Shown here: positions 1-9,594 of the stretch, in pieces
Numbering within the stretch: the stretch's first letter is position 1
How the letters are laid out: each line of letters begins with the position of its first letter
From: a virus
Taxonomy: Duplodnaviria; Caudoviricetes
IMG/VR virus record: IMGVR_UViG_3300021356_000020
Location: 1-56,698 of that record
Reading direction: 5' to 3' (one strand)
DNA length: 56,698 bases
Program-made: the position numbers and the translations under genes
Notes under the pieces: model-generated
The model's database searches: none
What the model was told of the DNA's origin: nothing
The model's input: the letters and a program-made list of their open reading frames with translations, nothing else

Positions 1-306
1 AAGATAAGATACGCACCTCTTGAGGTTATGCGTGGATCTACCTTCCATAATTCATATATGATTTTGGACGAGGCGCAAAACTGTACGTGGGAACAAATTA
101 AAATGTTTATCACTCGTATGGGTCAAGGTAGTAAGGTTATCATTAACGGTGACATACGACAAACTGACCTTAGCAGACAAAGTGGACTTGAACAAATAAT
201 TGAAAAGCTAGGAGAGATTGATGGCGTCGGACTTTGCCGACTAGGATACAGTGATATCCAAAGGAATGGGATTTTAGGACGAATACTTAACGCATTGGAG
301 AACTAA
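1..306 (+). CDS. phoH: PhoH-family ATPase, C-terminal part (gene starts before the window)
   Basis: MRGSTF..ILDEAQN and INGDIRQTDL motifs are typical of PhoH; frame is open to the window edge. Confidence 0.9.
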   Translation, partial: KIRYAPLEVMRGSTFHNSYMILDEAQNCTWEQIKMFITRMGQGSKVIINGDIRQTDLSRQSGLEQIIEKLGEIDGVGLCRLGYSDIQRNGILGRILNALEN

Positions 307-659
307 TGCCTATTTATGATTATGAATGTAGAAACTGTGGAGCAGAAGTCAGTGATGTATTTCAGAAGGTTACAGATCCAGAATTGACAAAGTGCGATCA
401 TTGTAACACTGATTCTCTCTACAGAGTGCTTACTGGCGGCATCCACAGTTTCATGGCGGGAAGTAACACAATAGGAAGTGTAGCAGATAGAAATACGAAG
501 AAACACAAAAACCAGATTAATGAAATGGAAGCGATGAAACGTGAATCTCAGCCAGCGGTTGAAAAACCTTGGCATCATGAGCATACCACAAAGTCTATGA
601 AAGAGATTAATAAGATGACAAACGCTCAGAAAACAAAGTATATTATGGAGGGAAAATGA
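306..659 (+). CDS. FmdB-family zinc-ribbon protein
   Basis: MPIYDYECRNCG...KCDHC, the FmdB-type CxxC...CxxC N-terminus. Confidence 0.8.
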   Translation: MPIYDYECRNCGAEVSDVFQKVTDPELTKCDHCNTDSLYRVLTGGIHSFMAGSNTIGSVADRNTKKHKNQINEMEAMKRESQPAVEKPWHHEHTTKSMKEINKMTNAQKTKYIMEGK

Positions 660-973
660 AATACGTGGAAACAAATGAAGAAAAACAAGAATTGAAAGAA
701 ACTAATTTTAATAAAAAAGGATTACAGGTAGCGGCAGCACAAGAGAAAATATTTGCTAAAATAGTATACTCCGAAGCAACACCTCAATACCTAATCAATA
801 CATATAACAATCAGATATACGATCCAATGGGATTAAATTCAAATAGAGAAAAATATCTAGACACAAAACTAAAGAAAGTATCAAAAGATACATTTGATTT
901 TTATTTAATTTACCTTCAAACAAATAATTCTATTTATTTAACTAGAGCCAACAGGAGATTTATAAATGAGTAA
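656..973 (+). CDS. hypothetical phage protein
   Basis: ATGA overlap with upstream gene, GGAGG RBS; no motif recognised. Confidence 0.7.
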   Translation: MKYVETNEEKQELKETNFNKKGLQVAAAQEKIFAKIVYSEATPQYLINTYNNQIYDPMGLNSNREKYLDTKLKKVSKDTFDFYLIYLQTNNSIYLTRANRRFINE

Positions 974-1265
974 GCGAGGACCATTGAGCAAGATTGAGAA
1001 GTTTTACATTGAGCAAAATTTAGACTTAGGAGTGGAAAAGCTATCAACTGAACTAGATAGGGCGAAAAGCGTAGTTAAAGCATATGCCGCCAAATGCGAC
1101 CCACCCGTTCAGCAGAAAGAAACTCTAATTAGTAATAATATTGTAAGCAATAAAAGAGGCTCTACTGTCATGACGGAAACCGGATCTATGCTCTCAGACG
1201 ATTTTAGATCAAAAAGAACAGCGGTCGATACAAAAAGACCAGAATGTACAACCAATATCAGGTGA
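966..1265 (+). CDS. hypothetical protein, possible N-terminal helix-turn-helix
   Basis: AGGAG RBS; LGVEKLSTELDRAKSVVKAY resembles an HTH. Confidence 0.65.
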   Translation: MSKRGPLSKIEKFYIEQNLDLGVEKLSTELDRAKSVVKAYAAKCDPPVQQKETLISNNIVSNKRGSTVMTETGSMLSDDFRSKRTAVDTKRPECTTNIR

Positions 1266-1268
1266 CAC

Positions 1269-1685
1269 ATGGATCATAAGAAATTTTTAGTTAAATATAG
1301 ACAAAATAAATCGGCGGTTTGGATTAGAGGAAAACTAACAAACGACGAAGAATTTAACTATGACGACTTTAAGGATTGGACTAAGCTAAAAATAAGATGT
1401 GAAAAAGAGAACCTCTTTCTTAAAGAACTATATCTTCAGTTTAAATCTCATCAAGAAAAAATTGACTTAGACAATGTTGATGGTATATATCTAATTAGAT
1501 CGCTAAAAGGTGTCATTGGTCAAGAGCGTAACACCCACTACTATACCGTAGGAAAAGTGATCGGTGAAAAAGTTGAAAAACAAATGTGGATAACCCCAGA
1601 GTTAGTTGTAGAAAAAGAATATGAAGACAAAGTTGAAGAGTGTTTCCAAGAAGCAATCATTTATGACCAAAAGAAAAAGAACTGA
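1269..1685 (+). CDS. hypothetical phage protein
   Basis: Tightly packed ORF in the operon. Confidence 0.65.
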   Translation: MDHKKFLVKYRQNKSAVWIRGKLTNDEEFNYDDFKDWTKLKIRCEKENLFLKELYLQFKSHQEKIDLDNVDGIYLIRSLKGVIGQERNTHYYTVGKVIGEKVEKQMWITPELVVEKEYEDKVEECFQEAIIYDQKKKN

Positions 1686-2115
1686 GAAAAGCAAGTATAA
1701 GCATCAAAGCACAGGCGATCATTGCACCTGTGCCGCTTATCTTGCTGAGATGATGTGCCTACGTCTAGCTGAATATAAAAACGAAGGCAATCTAACTTTC
1801 AAATTCTGGAATAAACGCCCGTGGGACTGGACGTTTAAGCAACAAATGTTTGCCGCCACAGCTTTAATAAAAGAGTACGGAGAGAAAGCCGTAATAAGAG
1901 CTGTTAATGAGCAAAAATCTGTATTCTCTCTAAAGAATAAAAGAATCATACCAGAAATTAAAAGACAAGTAAAGCTGATTGAAGAAGAATCTAAAAGGAG
2001 TAGTCAAGAATTAGATGTAAAAAAAGAACCAACAAACAGAAAGAAATCATACGGTAAAAAATCTAGTTTAAATAAATTGAGAGGATTAGATGGCAAAAAA
2101 GAAAGCGAAAGCTAA
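1621..2115 (+). CDS. hypothetical basic protein (true start probably ATG 1663)
   Basis: Operon packing; Lys-rich. Confidence 0.6.
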   Translation: MKTKLKSVSKKQSFMTKRKRTEKSKYKHQSTGDHCTCAAYLAEMMCLRLAEYKNEGNLTFKFWNKRPWDWTFKQQMFAATALIKEYGEKAVIRAVNEQKSVFSLKNKRIIPEIKRQVKLIEEESKRSSQELDVKKEPTNRKKSYGKKSSLNKLRGLDGKKESES

Positions 2116-3196
2116 GTTTGATGATGATGTCGTAAGCAATCAAATAATTAGTAAGTATGGTGATATTGTAGAGCAGGGAACAAAGGTTCTTGCTGACCTT
2201 CAAAACTTTAGTACTATTGGTATATCACCAGCACTAGACCTAGCACTGGGCGGTGGTCTTAGAGAAGGCAGTGTTGTTGTCATGACGGGCGATCCAAAGA
2301 CCGGTAAGACGACGACATCGTTGTATTTTGCTGCGAAAGCGCAAGCAGCAGGTAAAAATGTATTCTACTTCAACACCGAAGGTAGACTTACTAAAGAAAA
2401 CTTTACTGGTATCAAAGGTCTAGATGCTAGTAAAATTAAAATCATTCAAGCGACCGACAATCAACCGGTCGTGTCTGCTGAAACGTTCTTGAACGCTATC
2501 GAAACATACGTTAAGAATACTCCAGATTTCGTGGCGATCATTGACTCTGTATCTAATATGGTTCCACAAGATGAACTCGACGGAGAAGTACGCGGCGGTG
2601 TCAGAGCGCAACTTCCTAGACTTCTATCCATGTTCTTTAAACGTATTAGTAATGATGTAGCAAGAACAAAAGCAATCCTTATTTTTATCACCCACAATAT
2701 TGCTAATACTGGTGGATCAAGATGGTCGCCCGCTAAACTTGCTGACTGCGGTAACATGCTTCAGTATCAGGCGGGAACCAATATGGTTATTACCCATCGA
2801 GGCAAGTGGGAAGAAACAGACGAGCAGGGTCATGATGTAGGTCAGGTTGCTAACTGGATCGTAAAAACTTCTGCTGCTGGTGGTAAACCTAACTCCAACG
2901 CTGTATCGTATATTAGATACGGCACAGGTATTGATGAGATCAGAGAGCTGTGCGAGATTGCCAACGAACTTACTTTCATCAAACAAGCAGGCGCTTGGTA
3001 CACAATCGCTTCAGCGATTGGATCTGACGACAAAAGAATCCAATCTTTGTTAAAGAAGAATGAAGTAGATGTCGATAACCCTGAAGCGGTAGAAAAGTTC
3101 TTCAAGTTTCAGGGCATGGCAAAACTCAGTGAGTTCATTGAAACAAATACCGAGATTCAAGAATTCCTTTATGATGAAATAAAGTCGGTATTATGA
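2090..3196 (+). CDS. recA: RecA/UvsX-like recombinase
   Basis: ALDLALGGG, Walker A GDPKTGKTT, Walker B AIIDSV, KQAGAWY. Confidence 0.92.
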   Translation: MAKKKAKAKFDDDVVSNQIISKYGDIVEQGTKVLADLQNFSTIGISPALDLALGGGLREGSVVVMTGDPKTGKTTTSLYFAAKAQAAGKNVFYFNTEGRLTKENFTGIKGLDASKIKIIQATDNQPVVSAETFLNAIETYVKNTPDFVAIIDSVSNMVPQDELDGEVRGGVRAQLPRLLSMFFKRISNDVARTKAILIFITHNIANTGGSRWSPAKLADCGNMLQYQAGTNMVITHRGKWEETDEQGHDVGQVANWIVKTSAAGGKPNSNAVSYIRYGTGIDEIRELCEIANELTFIKQAGAWYTIASAIGSDDKRIQSLLKKNEVDVDNPEAVEKFFKFQGMAKLSEFIETNTEIQEFLYDEIKSVL

Positions 3197-3615
3197 AAGT
3201 CGTAGGATTAAACGGTCGTGAATATAATATAGATCTCAAGAAATATATTGTAAAAAATAATGACAAGACCGTTAAATCAAAGTATCATATAGCAGCGAGA
3301 GAACTTTTAGCAGAAATGTTTAAGGGTTATACAGTTCTGGAAGAAGTTAAACTTCCCGGTTCTCGTTGTCCAAGCAAAAAGTCTGCATTGTTCTTGGACT
3401 TCTTCATACCTAGTTTATCGCTGGGCATAGAAGTTCATGGACAGCAGCACTACGAATTCTGTAAATTCTTTCATAAAACAAAGGCGGGGTTCTTGACAGC
3501 AAAGAAAAGAGACTTTATAAAAGAAGACTGGTGCGAGTTAAATAGTATTGAGTTGATAGTTCTTAAATATTCAGACAGTATAGAACATTGGAGAAATCAA
3601 ATTGACAGCCGCTGA
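3193..3615 (+). CDS. Vsr/DUF559-like PD-(D/E)XK endonuclease
   Basis: LFLDFFIP...GIEVHGQQHY...RD..K..WC. Confidence 0.7.
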   Translation: MKVVGLNGREYNIDLKKYIVKNNDKTVKSKYHIAARELLAEMFKGYTVLEEVKLPGSRCPSKKSALFLDFFIPSLSLGIEVHGQQHYEFCKFFHKTKAGFLTAKKRDFIKEDWCELNSIELIVLKYSDSIEHWRNQIDSR

Positions 3616-4066
3616 TAGACTAAAAGAATTCTTAGATGGTATTGACAGATATATCTCTGCTAAGAATGTAACACCTTCTAAATTTAATCCAGAGTTTGCA
3701 ATCGCAGAAACTCTATCTTTAGAAAATCTAGAAAACCTAACGCAAGACGAATGTTTTGGTCACGCATATCAACTTATGCAATACGTCGATCACGTTGGCA
3801 CAGAACGCGCCCAGTGCGAGAATGTTATTCGCTGGTGTGAGAACTCTTTACAGAGTATTATATCAGAATTACTAGCCAGTGGCGTGTGGGATCAGTACGC
3901 AAAGCACGAAACTAAGGTTGCTACAATCCTGAGAAATGATGACCTAGCAAATAAAATCAATGAATGGAAACTAACTGCTCAAGGAAGACTTGAAAATTTG
4001 AAGTCTAGAGAGTATAATATAAGAAGAAAGGCTGATATCCTATTTGAAAAAGGTAAGAGGAAATGA
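3602..4066 (+). CDS. hypothetical helical protein (UvsY-like mediator possible by position)
   Basis: GGAG RBS; helical/coiled-coil composition; lies between recA and the helicase. Confidence 0.55.
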   Translation: MTAADRLKEFLDGIDRYISAKNVTPSKFNPEFAIAETLSLENLENLTQDECFGHAYQLMQYVDHVGTERAQCENVIRWCENSLQSIISELLASGVWDQYAKHETKVATILRNDDLANKINEWKLTAQGRLENLKSREYNIRRKADILFEKGKRK

Positions 4067-4470
4067 TAGATAAAGACCTGCTTAAAAACTTAACTACAGA
4101 GCAAAAGCAAGCGTTGTTGGATCAACTAATGAATAGTTTATCTGAAGCGACGACGGAAGAAACAGAAGAAGTACAACAGGACGTTCCTGTGAAAAATGTT
4201 AATGAAGATTTTCGTGTTACAAAAAGTAAGACTCAACTAGAAAGAGGGAGAACTCCAGTGCGTGCCAGAAAAAACCGTTGGGAAGATACGGGAGAATTTC
4301 AATTAGAAGGTGAAGAAGAATGGTCTACCGGAAGAAAAAGAACCGCAAGATCTAGAGCCAAAGCAAAGAAAGTTCAACTAGAATGTAGTGTTTGCGGTAA
4401 AACTTATCTAGAACATCCGAGTTTAGTTTACGGAGAATACCACCGTTGTAATCGGTGCGGGGGCAAGTAA
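4063..4470 (+). CDS. hypothetical protein with C-terminal zinc ribbon
   Basis: CSVCG...RCNRCG. Confidence 0.65.
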   Translation: MIDKDLLKNLTTEQKQALLDQLMNSLSEATTEETEEVQQDVPVKNVNEDFRVTKSKTQLERGRTPVRARKNRWEDTGEFQLEGEEEWSTGRKRTARSRAKAKKVQLECSVCGKTYLEHPSLVYGEYHRCNRCGGK

Positions 4471-5927
4471 TGGAATCCAAACTATTGGATTTAGGCGCTG
4501 AGAGAGCAGTTCTTGCTGGTCTGTTCTCTTATGGTCTAGAGTCATATGTTGAAATAAGTGACATAATTGATCACAATAGCTTTTGCCATCAGAACAATCA
4601 GCTTATATACAAATGTATTGAGAAGATTCTATCTAAAGAAGCCGAAGTTGACCTACCAACTCTTTTATCAGCGGCGGATCAGCTTGGGTTTTCTGAAACA
4701 ATCCAGACCAAGCAAGAGCTTGAATATATTAAATCCTTAATGGATTTTCCTGTCAAGAAAGAGAATATAATTCACTTTGCCGCACAGGTAAAGAAATTCG
4801 AGTTTGCTAGAAAAATTAGATCACTTGCCGATAAAATCGGAAGAGATATTCAGGAGATTAAAGGCGATGAAGACATAGATGAAATTATCGGAATTGTCGA
4901 GAACCCTATTACGGAGTTTCTAAGAGAAGATGACACAAGAGACAAACCAGAAAGAATTGGCGAAGATGTTGATGAGTATATTGATTTTCTGGTGGACAAT
5001 AAGTGTGATCAGATCGGTGTACCAAGTGGGTTTGATCGGTATGATGCCGCTATTGGTGGCGGTTTACGACGCAAATGTGTCGATCTGGTATCTGCTCGTC
5101 CTAAAGTGGGTAAGTCTGTATTTGGCGATAATGTTGCCATCAATGTTGCAAGAAAGGGAATTCCAGTCCTTATGCTCGATACAGAAATGAGCAAAGAGGA
5201 TCATCTCAATAGAATTCTAGCAAGTCTAAGTGGCGTTCCGATTAACGAAATAGCAAGTGGTAAATTTGCCGACGACGAAGAGAAATACATCGCAGTTCAA
5301 AAAGCGGTACAAGAAATTAAAGATATACCTTATACGTATGTTAGCGTAGCGGGAGCGCCATTTGAAAATATTCTTAACCATATTAAACGATGGGTTATTC
5401 AAGAGGTTGGAACAGATGAAAACGGAAGAACAAACGACTGCGTAGTTGTGTATGATTATTTGAAGTTGATGTCATCTTCTGGTATATCTGCAAACCTGCA
5501 AGAATATCAAGCGCTTGGTTTTCAGATTACAAACCTACATAATCTTGCAGTTAAGTATGACTTTGCTTGTCTTGCTTTTGTGCAGTTGAATAGAGATGGT
5601 ATCACAAAAGAGTCTACGGATGCTGTAAGCGGATCTGATAGACTTATTTGGTTGTGTACATCGTTCTCTATCTTTAAAGAAAAGTCCGCAGAGGAAACGG
5701 CGGAAGACGGTCCACGCGCAGGTAATAGAAAACTTGTACCTATTGTATCGCGTCATGGGCCGGGTATGCAGGATGGAAATTATATTAACATGAGAATGGA
5801 TGGATCGCACGCTCTATTAACAGAACTAAGAACGAGAGACGAATTTATTAAAGCTGGCGTTGACGATGCCATCGAAGGCGCTGAACTCCCATTCGAGGAA
5901 GACAATGAGTTACAAAGCAAAGTTTAA
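4455..5927 (+). CDS. dnaB: replicative DNA helicase DnaB (start probably ATG 4470)
   Basis: AERAVLAGL N-domain, Walker A ARPKVGKS, VVYDYLKLM, VQLNR. Confidence 0.93.
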   Translation: MRGQVMESKLLDLGAERAVLAGLFSYGLESYVEISDIIDHNSFCHQNNQLIYKCIEKILSKEAEVDLPTLLSAADQLGFSETIQTKQELEYIKSLMDFPVKKENIIHFAAQVKKFEFARKIRSLADKIGRDIQEIKGDEDIDEIIGIVENPITEFLREDDTRDKPERIGEDVDEYIDFLVDNKCDQIGVPSGFDRYDAAIGGGLRRKCVDLVSARPKVGKSVFGDNVAINVARKGIPVLMLDTEMSKEDHLNRILASLSGVPINEIASGKFADDEEKYIAVQKAVQEIKDIPYTYVSVAGAPFENILNHIKRWVIQEVGTDENGRTNDCVVVYDYLKLMSSSGISANLQEYQALGFQITNLHNLAVKYDFACLAFVQLNRDGITKESTDAVSGSDRLIWLCTSFSIFKEKSAEETAEDGPRAGNRKLVPIVSRHGPGMQDGNYINMRMDGSHALLTELRTRDEFIKAGVDDAIEGAELPFEEDNELQSKV

Positions 5928-6126
5928 TGGTGGTCCTTTACACGATCAAGAACTATCACTCCCAAAAAACCAAGACATATTAGAGTATACCAAAGTATAT
6001 GATAGTGGACTTACAACTAAAAGTAAGTATCTTCTTCGTAAAGTAAAAGATAATACTCTTTATTTTGATATAATGGAAGAAAGATTTCTTGATTATTCTA
6101 AACACTTGGAAAGGCATCCTAGATGA
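5860..6126 (+). CDS. hypothetical protein (start probably ATG 5905)
   Basis: FNGGPLHDQ motif; fills the gap between helicase and primase. Confidence 0.55.
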   Translation: MTMPSKALNSHSRKTMSYKAKFNGGPLHDQELSLPKNQDILEYTKVYDSGLTTKSKYLLRKVKDNTLYFDIMEERFLDYSKHLERHPR

Positions 6127-7139
6127 GTGCTACCAAACAAAAACTTGATTTAAACAAAGTTAAAGATGAGATATTCAATGATATAGACATACTTATGAAT
6201 AAGTTTAATCTTGAGTATCAAGTAAATAATAACAACCTTTTTATGCCGTGTCCTATTCACGGTGGGGATAATCCAAATGGTCTGTCAATATCACTCCAGC
6301 ATAAAAACTGGAGATGTTGGACTCATGGGTGTCACGAAGAGTTTGGTTCAGACATTTTTGGTTTCATTAGAGGTTATCGACAAGACCCGACATTTTCTGA
6401 TACGTTAAGGTTTATCTGTAGCACCTATGACATTAATAGAAAACATGCCTCAAAAAATAAACAGAAACCAGAAGTAGTAAAGAGCGATCTATACGAAATC
6501 GTAAAAATATTTGGAAAGAGCAATAACAATAATATGAATGAATACGTGCGTGATGTAGAGACTTTAAATAATTCATTTTATTTTGAAAAGCGAGGATTTT
6601 TACCTGACACATTAGAGCATTTTGGAGTAAAAGATTGTATAGACAAAACATCTAAGATGTGGAACAGGGCGATCATCCCAGTGAACTATCTTGGTAAAGA
6701 GATCGGTTACATTGCAAGGGCGGCAAAGGGGTTTATTGAACCTAAATACTTATTCTCTAGCGGGTTTAAAAAAACCGACTATCTCTATAATTATGATAAC
6801 GCTATGAAAGTTGCGCAAAAAACACATGCGATATTTTTAGTAGAAGGTCAAGGTGACGTATGGAGATTGTATGAGTCAGGAGTTGAAAATGCTGTTGGAT
6901 TGTTTGGTAAAGATATATCGGAGAAACAGAAAACACTGCTGATACAATCCGGCGTAACAGATTTAGTAGTCTTGACAGACAACGACCAAGCCGGTCGAGA
7001 AGGAAGAATGAAACTACAGCGTGAATTAAGTAGGATGTTTAATCTAATTTACCCGCCAATGTTAAAAAAAGATATTGGTGACACATCTGTAAAGAAAATA
7101 CAGAAACATATACTCCCCGAAGTTGAAGGACTTTATTAA
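6123..7139 (+). CDS. dnaG: DNA primase DnaG (CHC2 zinc finger + TOPRIM)
   Basis: CPIH...WRCWTHGC; VEGQGD; LTDNDQAGREG. Confidence 0.9.
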   Translation: MSATKQKLDLNKVKDEIFNDIDILMNKFNLEYQVNNNNLFMPCPIHGGDNPNGLSISLQHKNWRCWTHGCHEEFGSDIFGFIRGYRQDPTFSDTLRFICSTYDINRKHASKNKQKPEVVKSDLYEIVKIFGKSNNNNMNEYVRDVETLNNSFYFEKRGFLPDTLEHFGVKDCIDKTSKMWNRAIIPVNYLGKEIGYIARAAKGFIEPKYLFSSGFKKTDYLYNYDNAMKVAQKTHAIFLVEGQGDVWRLYESGVENAVGLFGKDISEKQKTLLIQSGVTDLVVLTDNDQAGREGRMKLQRELSRMFNLIYPPMLKKDIGDTSVKKIQKHILPEVEGLY

Positions 7140-7885
7140 TGATTCTAGGAATTTCTGGCAAAAAACAAGCCGGTAAAACAACCATCGCTAATATTATTCA
7201 TGGAGAAATCTTACTCAAGAACAATATGGTTGGTGACTATAATGTTGATCAAAACGGTAAGCTACTTGTTAAAACTTATAATTCTCAGGGTAAAGAAGGC
7301 TGGGGGCAGTTTGATATAGAAAGAAAAGATGAGCAGTTCATAGAATATGCTCACTATAATATGTGGCCTCATGTAAAACTTTACAATTTTGCTGACTCGT
7401 TAAAAGATATGTGCATTAATTTGTTTGGGTTTACATACGAGCAGGCATATGGAACCAACGAACAAAAAGACCAAAAATTAAAACATTTACTGTGGAAGAA
7501 TATGCCGCGAGGCAAAGTGAGCAGAAAAGCACCAAAAGGTGAAATGTCCGCCCGTGAATTTATGCAGTTCTTTGGTACGGAAGTTATGCGAAAGATGCAC
7601 AGTGATGTATGGGCAAATGCTTGTTTAAACAAAATTATTAAAGAGGGCAGCGATTTCGCTATTATAGCAGATGTGAGATTCCCAAATGAAGTCGAGGCTA
7701 TCAATAAAGCCGGTGGTAAAGTATTAAGATTGGAAAGAAATGTTCATGACGATAAACATGACAGTGAAACTGCTCTAGATGCAGATAACTACGACCACGG
7801 CAATTTCTGGCATGTGCTTGATAATTCTAAAATAGATATTGGTCAAACCATTGTTGAAGTAAAATCCTTACTAGAGAGAGTATAA
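7139..7885 (+). CDS. deoxynucleoside monophosphate kinase
   Basis: GISGKKQAGKTT, FADSLKD, REFMQFFGTEVMR, IADVRFPNE, HDSE. Confidence 0.88.
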   Translation: MILGISGKKQAGKTTIANIIHGEILLKNNMVGDYNVDQNGKLLVKTYNSQGKEGWGQFDIERKDEQFIEYAHYNMWPHVKLYNFADSLKDMCINLFGFTYEQAYGTNEQKDQKLKHLLWKNMPRGKVSRKAPKGEMSAREFMQFFGTEVMRKMHSDVWANACLNKIIKEGSDFAIIADVRFPNEVEAINKAGGKVLRLERNVHDDKHDSETALDADNYDHGNFWHVLDNSKIDIGQTIVEVKSLLERV

Positions 7886-8565
7886 TGGTAAAAGAATTAC
7901 TAATACCAAGAAAATACGAAGACAAAATAAGAATCGGAAGAAAAGAAGATAGTGGCTATGTCGTATCTAAAAACCACCTTGGGAAAAATCTTATATCTGT
8001 AGGATGTGAAAACAAAACAAGTTTTGAATCTGATTACTTAAATAAAAATCCAAACGCCAAGGTAACAATATTTGACAATGTTAGCGAGTGTAATCTTGCT
8101 GAAAACGACGAGAGAGTTACTTTTCATAGAAAATATATAACTTCGTTTTCAGAATTAAACATAACAGAGCCATGTATGATTCAAATGGATATCGAAGGGT
8201 CAGAGGTTGGTTTGTTTGGCAATACTGATTTATCTGGCATAGAGATGGTAGAACAAGTTGTTTTAGAATTTCATTTTCATAAAAGAATATGGCCCATCTT
8301 TCCGCAAAATGGTAAAGATGAAGATATAGAGAAGGCACTTAGAGTTCTAAACGATCATTTTACGCTTATTCATATTCATGTAAACAACTGCGGATTTGCA
8401 GACGGGTGGCCTATGTATAAAGATTTATACGACCCAATAGAGTTGACATATATCAAAAAAGACGATTCACTGCCGGTAGAAACAAGATCTTTTCCGATTG
8501 AGGGTTTAGATTTTCCAAATCGTCCCGGCGCTTTCGACCCCGTAATAGATTGGTGGATAAAATGA
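7885..8565 (+). CDS. FkbM-like SAM-dependent methyltransferase
   Basis: RIGRKEDSGYVV, MDIEGSE, QVVLEFH, HIHVNN, IELTY. Confidence 0.65.
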   Translation: MVKELLIPRKYEDKIRIGRKEDSGYVVSKNHLGKNLISVGCENKTSFESDYLNKNPNAKVTIFDNVSECNLAENDERVTFHRKYITSFSELNITEPCMIQMDIEGSEVGLFGNTDLSGIEMVEQVVLEFHFHKRIWPIFPQNGKDEDIEKALRVLNDHFTLIHIHVNNCGFADGWPMYKDLYDPIELTYIKKDDSLPVETRSFPIEGLDFPNRPGAFDPVIDWWIK

Positions 8566-9584
8566 TAGTTACTTATATTAGATCTTCTAGCTACAATGGT
8601 TATGATTATTGCCAGATGCAATATTTCTTAACTTATGTTTTAGGCCATAGATCAGACAGCGGAAAGAAAGCAGACCTTGGAACTATGGTTCATAAGGTTA
8701 TGGAAGTTCTTGCAGGACTAAAAAAATTCCAACAAGACAATCCTAGAAAAAAGTATCTCAACGTAGATGATGATGCGGTAGCAAAAGTTAGGATTCATAA
8801 AGACGAATTGCTAACAGATAAATGCGTAGAGGATTTAGTTGATTTAAGTTTTAATTCTTACAGAAAAGGATCAAAACACAAGTGGACGGCAGCCGACAGA
8901 AAGGAAGTTTCGAGACTTTCTTGGTTAGCTTTGAACTGGAATGAAGGTCAATTTGACCCAAGATACAGAGATGTTGTAGATCCAGAGCCGCATTTTGACA
9001 TTCCAATTGAAGAAGACTGGGCAAAATATGAATACGAAATGCCCAACGGAGAAGTTATTCAAGGAAGATTAGCAATAAAAGGAACAATCGACCTTGTAAC
9101 TAAAGTTGACGACGATACAATCGAGGTGATTGACTGGAAAACCGGTCGTAGATTAGATTGGGCAACGGGTCAGGAAAAAGATTTTAAGAAATTAACTACA
9201 GATGCGCAGTTATTATTGTATAATTATGCGATATCTAAACTATATCCAGATTATAAACAGGCAATTATGTCCATTTTCTTTATAAAAGATGGTGGACCAT
9301 TTAGTATGTGTTTTGATAAATCTGATCAAGAGAAGTTTCTTGAGATGTTAAAGAATAGATTTGAAGAGATAAAGGCGAATGTATCTCCTAAACCGTTGCG
9401 AGACGATAGGAGTCATTGGAAATGTACCAAGCTGTGCCACTTTTACAAGAATAATTGGAAGGGTACAGATACTCCAATGTGTATATATATAGGAGAGAAA
9501 CTTAAAAAAGAAGGTCTTGACAAGACCGTGAAAGACTGTACAAATAAAGGGTTCTCAATAGGTTACTACGAAGCTCCGGGTTAA
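8550..9584 (+). CDS. Cas4/AddB-like PD-(D/E)XK exonuclease (start probably ATG 8562)
   Basis: N-terminal Cys, GTMVH, GTIDLV..IEVIDWKTG, QLLLY, C-terminal C-x3-C...C. Confidence 0.82.
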   Translation: MVDKMIVTYIRSSSYNGYDYCQMQYFLTYVLGHRSDSGKKADLGTMVHKVMEVLAGLKKFQQDNPRKKYLNVDDDAVAKVRIHKDELLTDKCVEDLVDLSFNSYRKGSKHKWTAADRKEVSRLSWLALNWNEGQFDPRYRDVVDPEPHFDIPIEEDWAKYEYEMPNGEVIQGRLAIKGTIDLVTKVDDDTIEVIDWKTGRRLDWATGQEKDFKKLTTDAQLLLYNYAISKLYPDYKQAIMSIFFIKDGGPFSMCFDKSDQEKFLEMLKNRFEEIKANVSPKPLRDDRSHWKCTKLCHFYKNNWKGTDTPMCIYIGEKLKKEGLDKTVKDCTNKGFSIGYYEAPG

Positions 9585-9594
9585 GGAAAATAAC

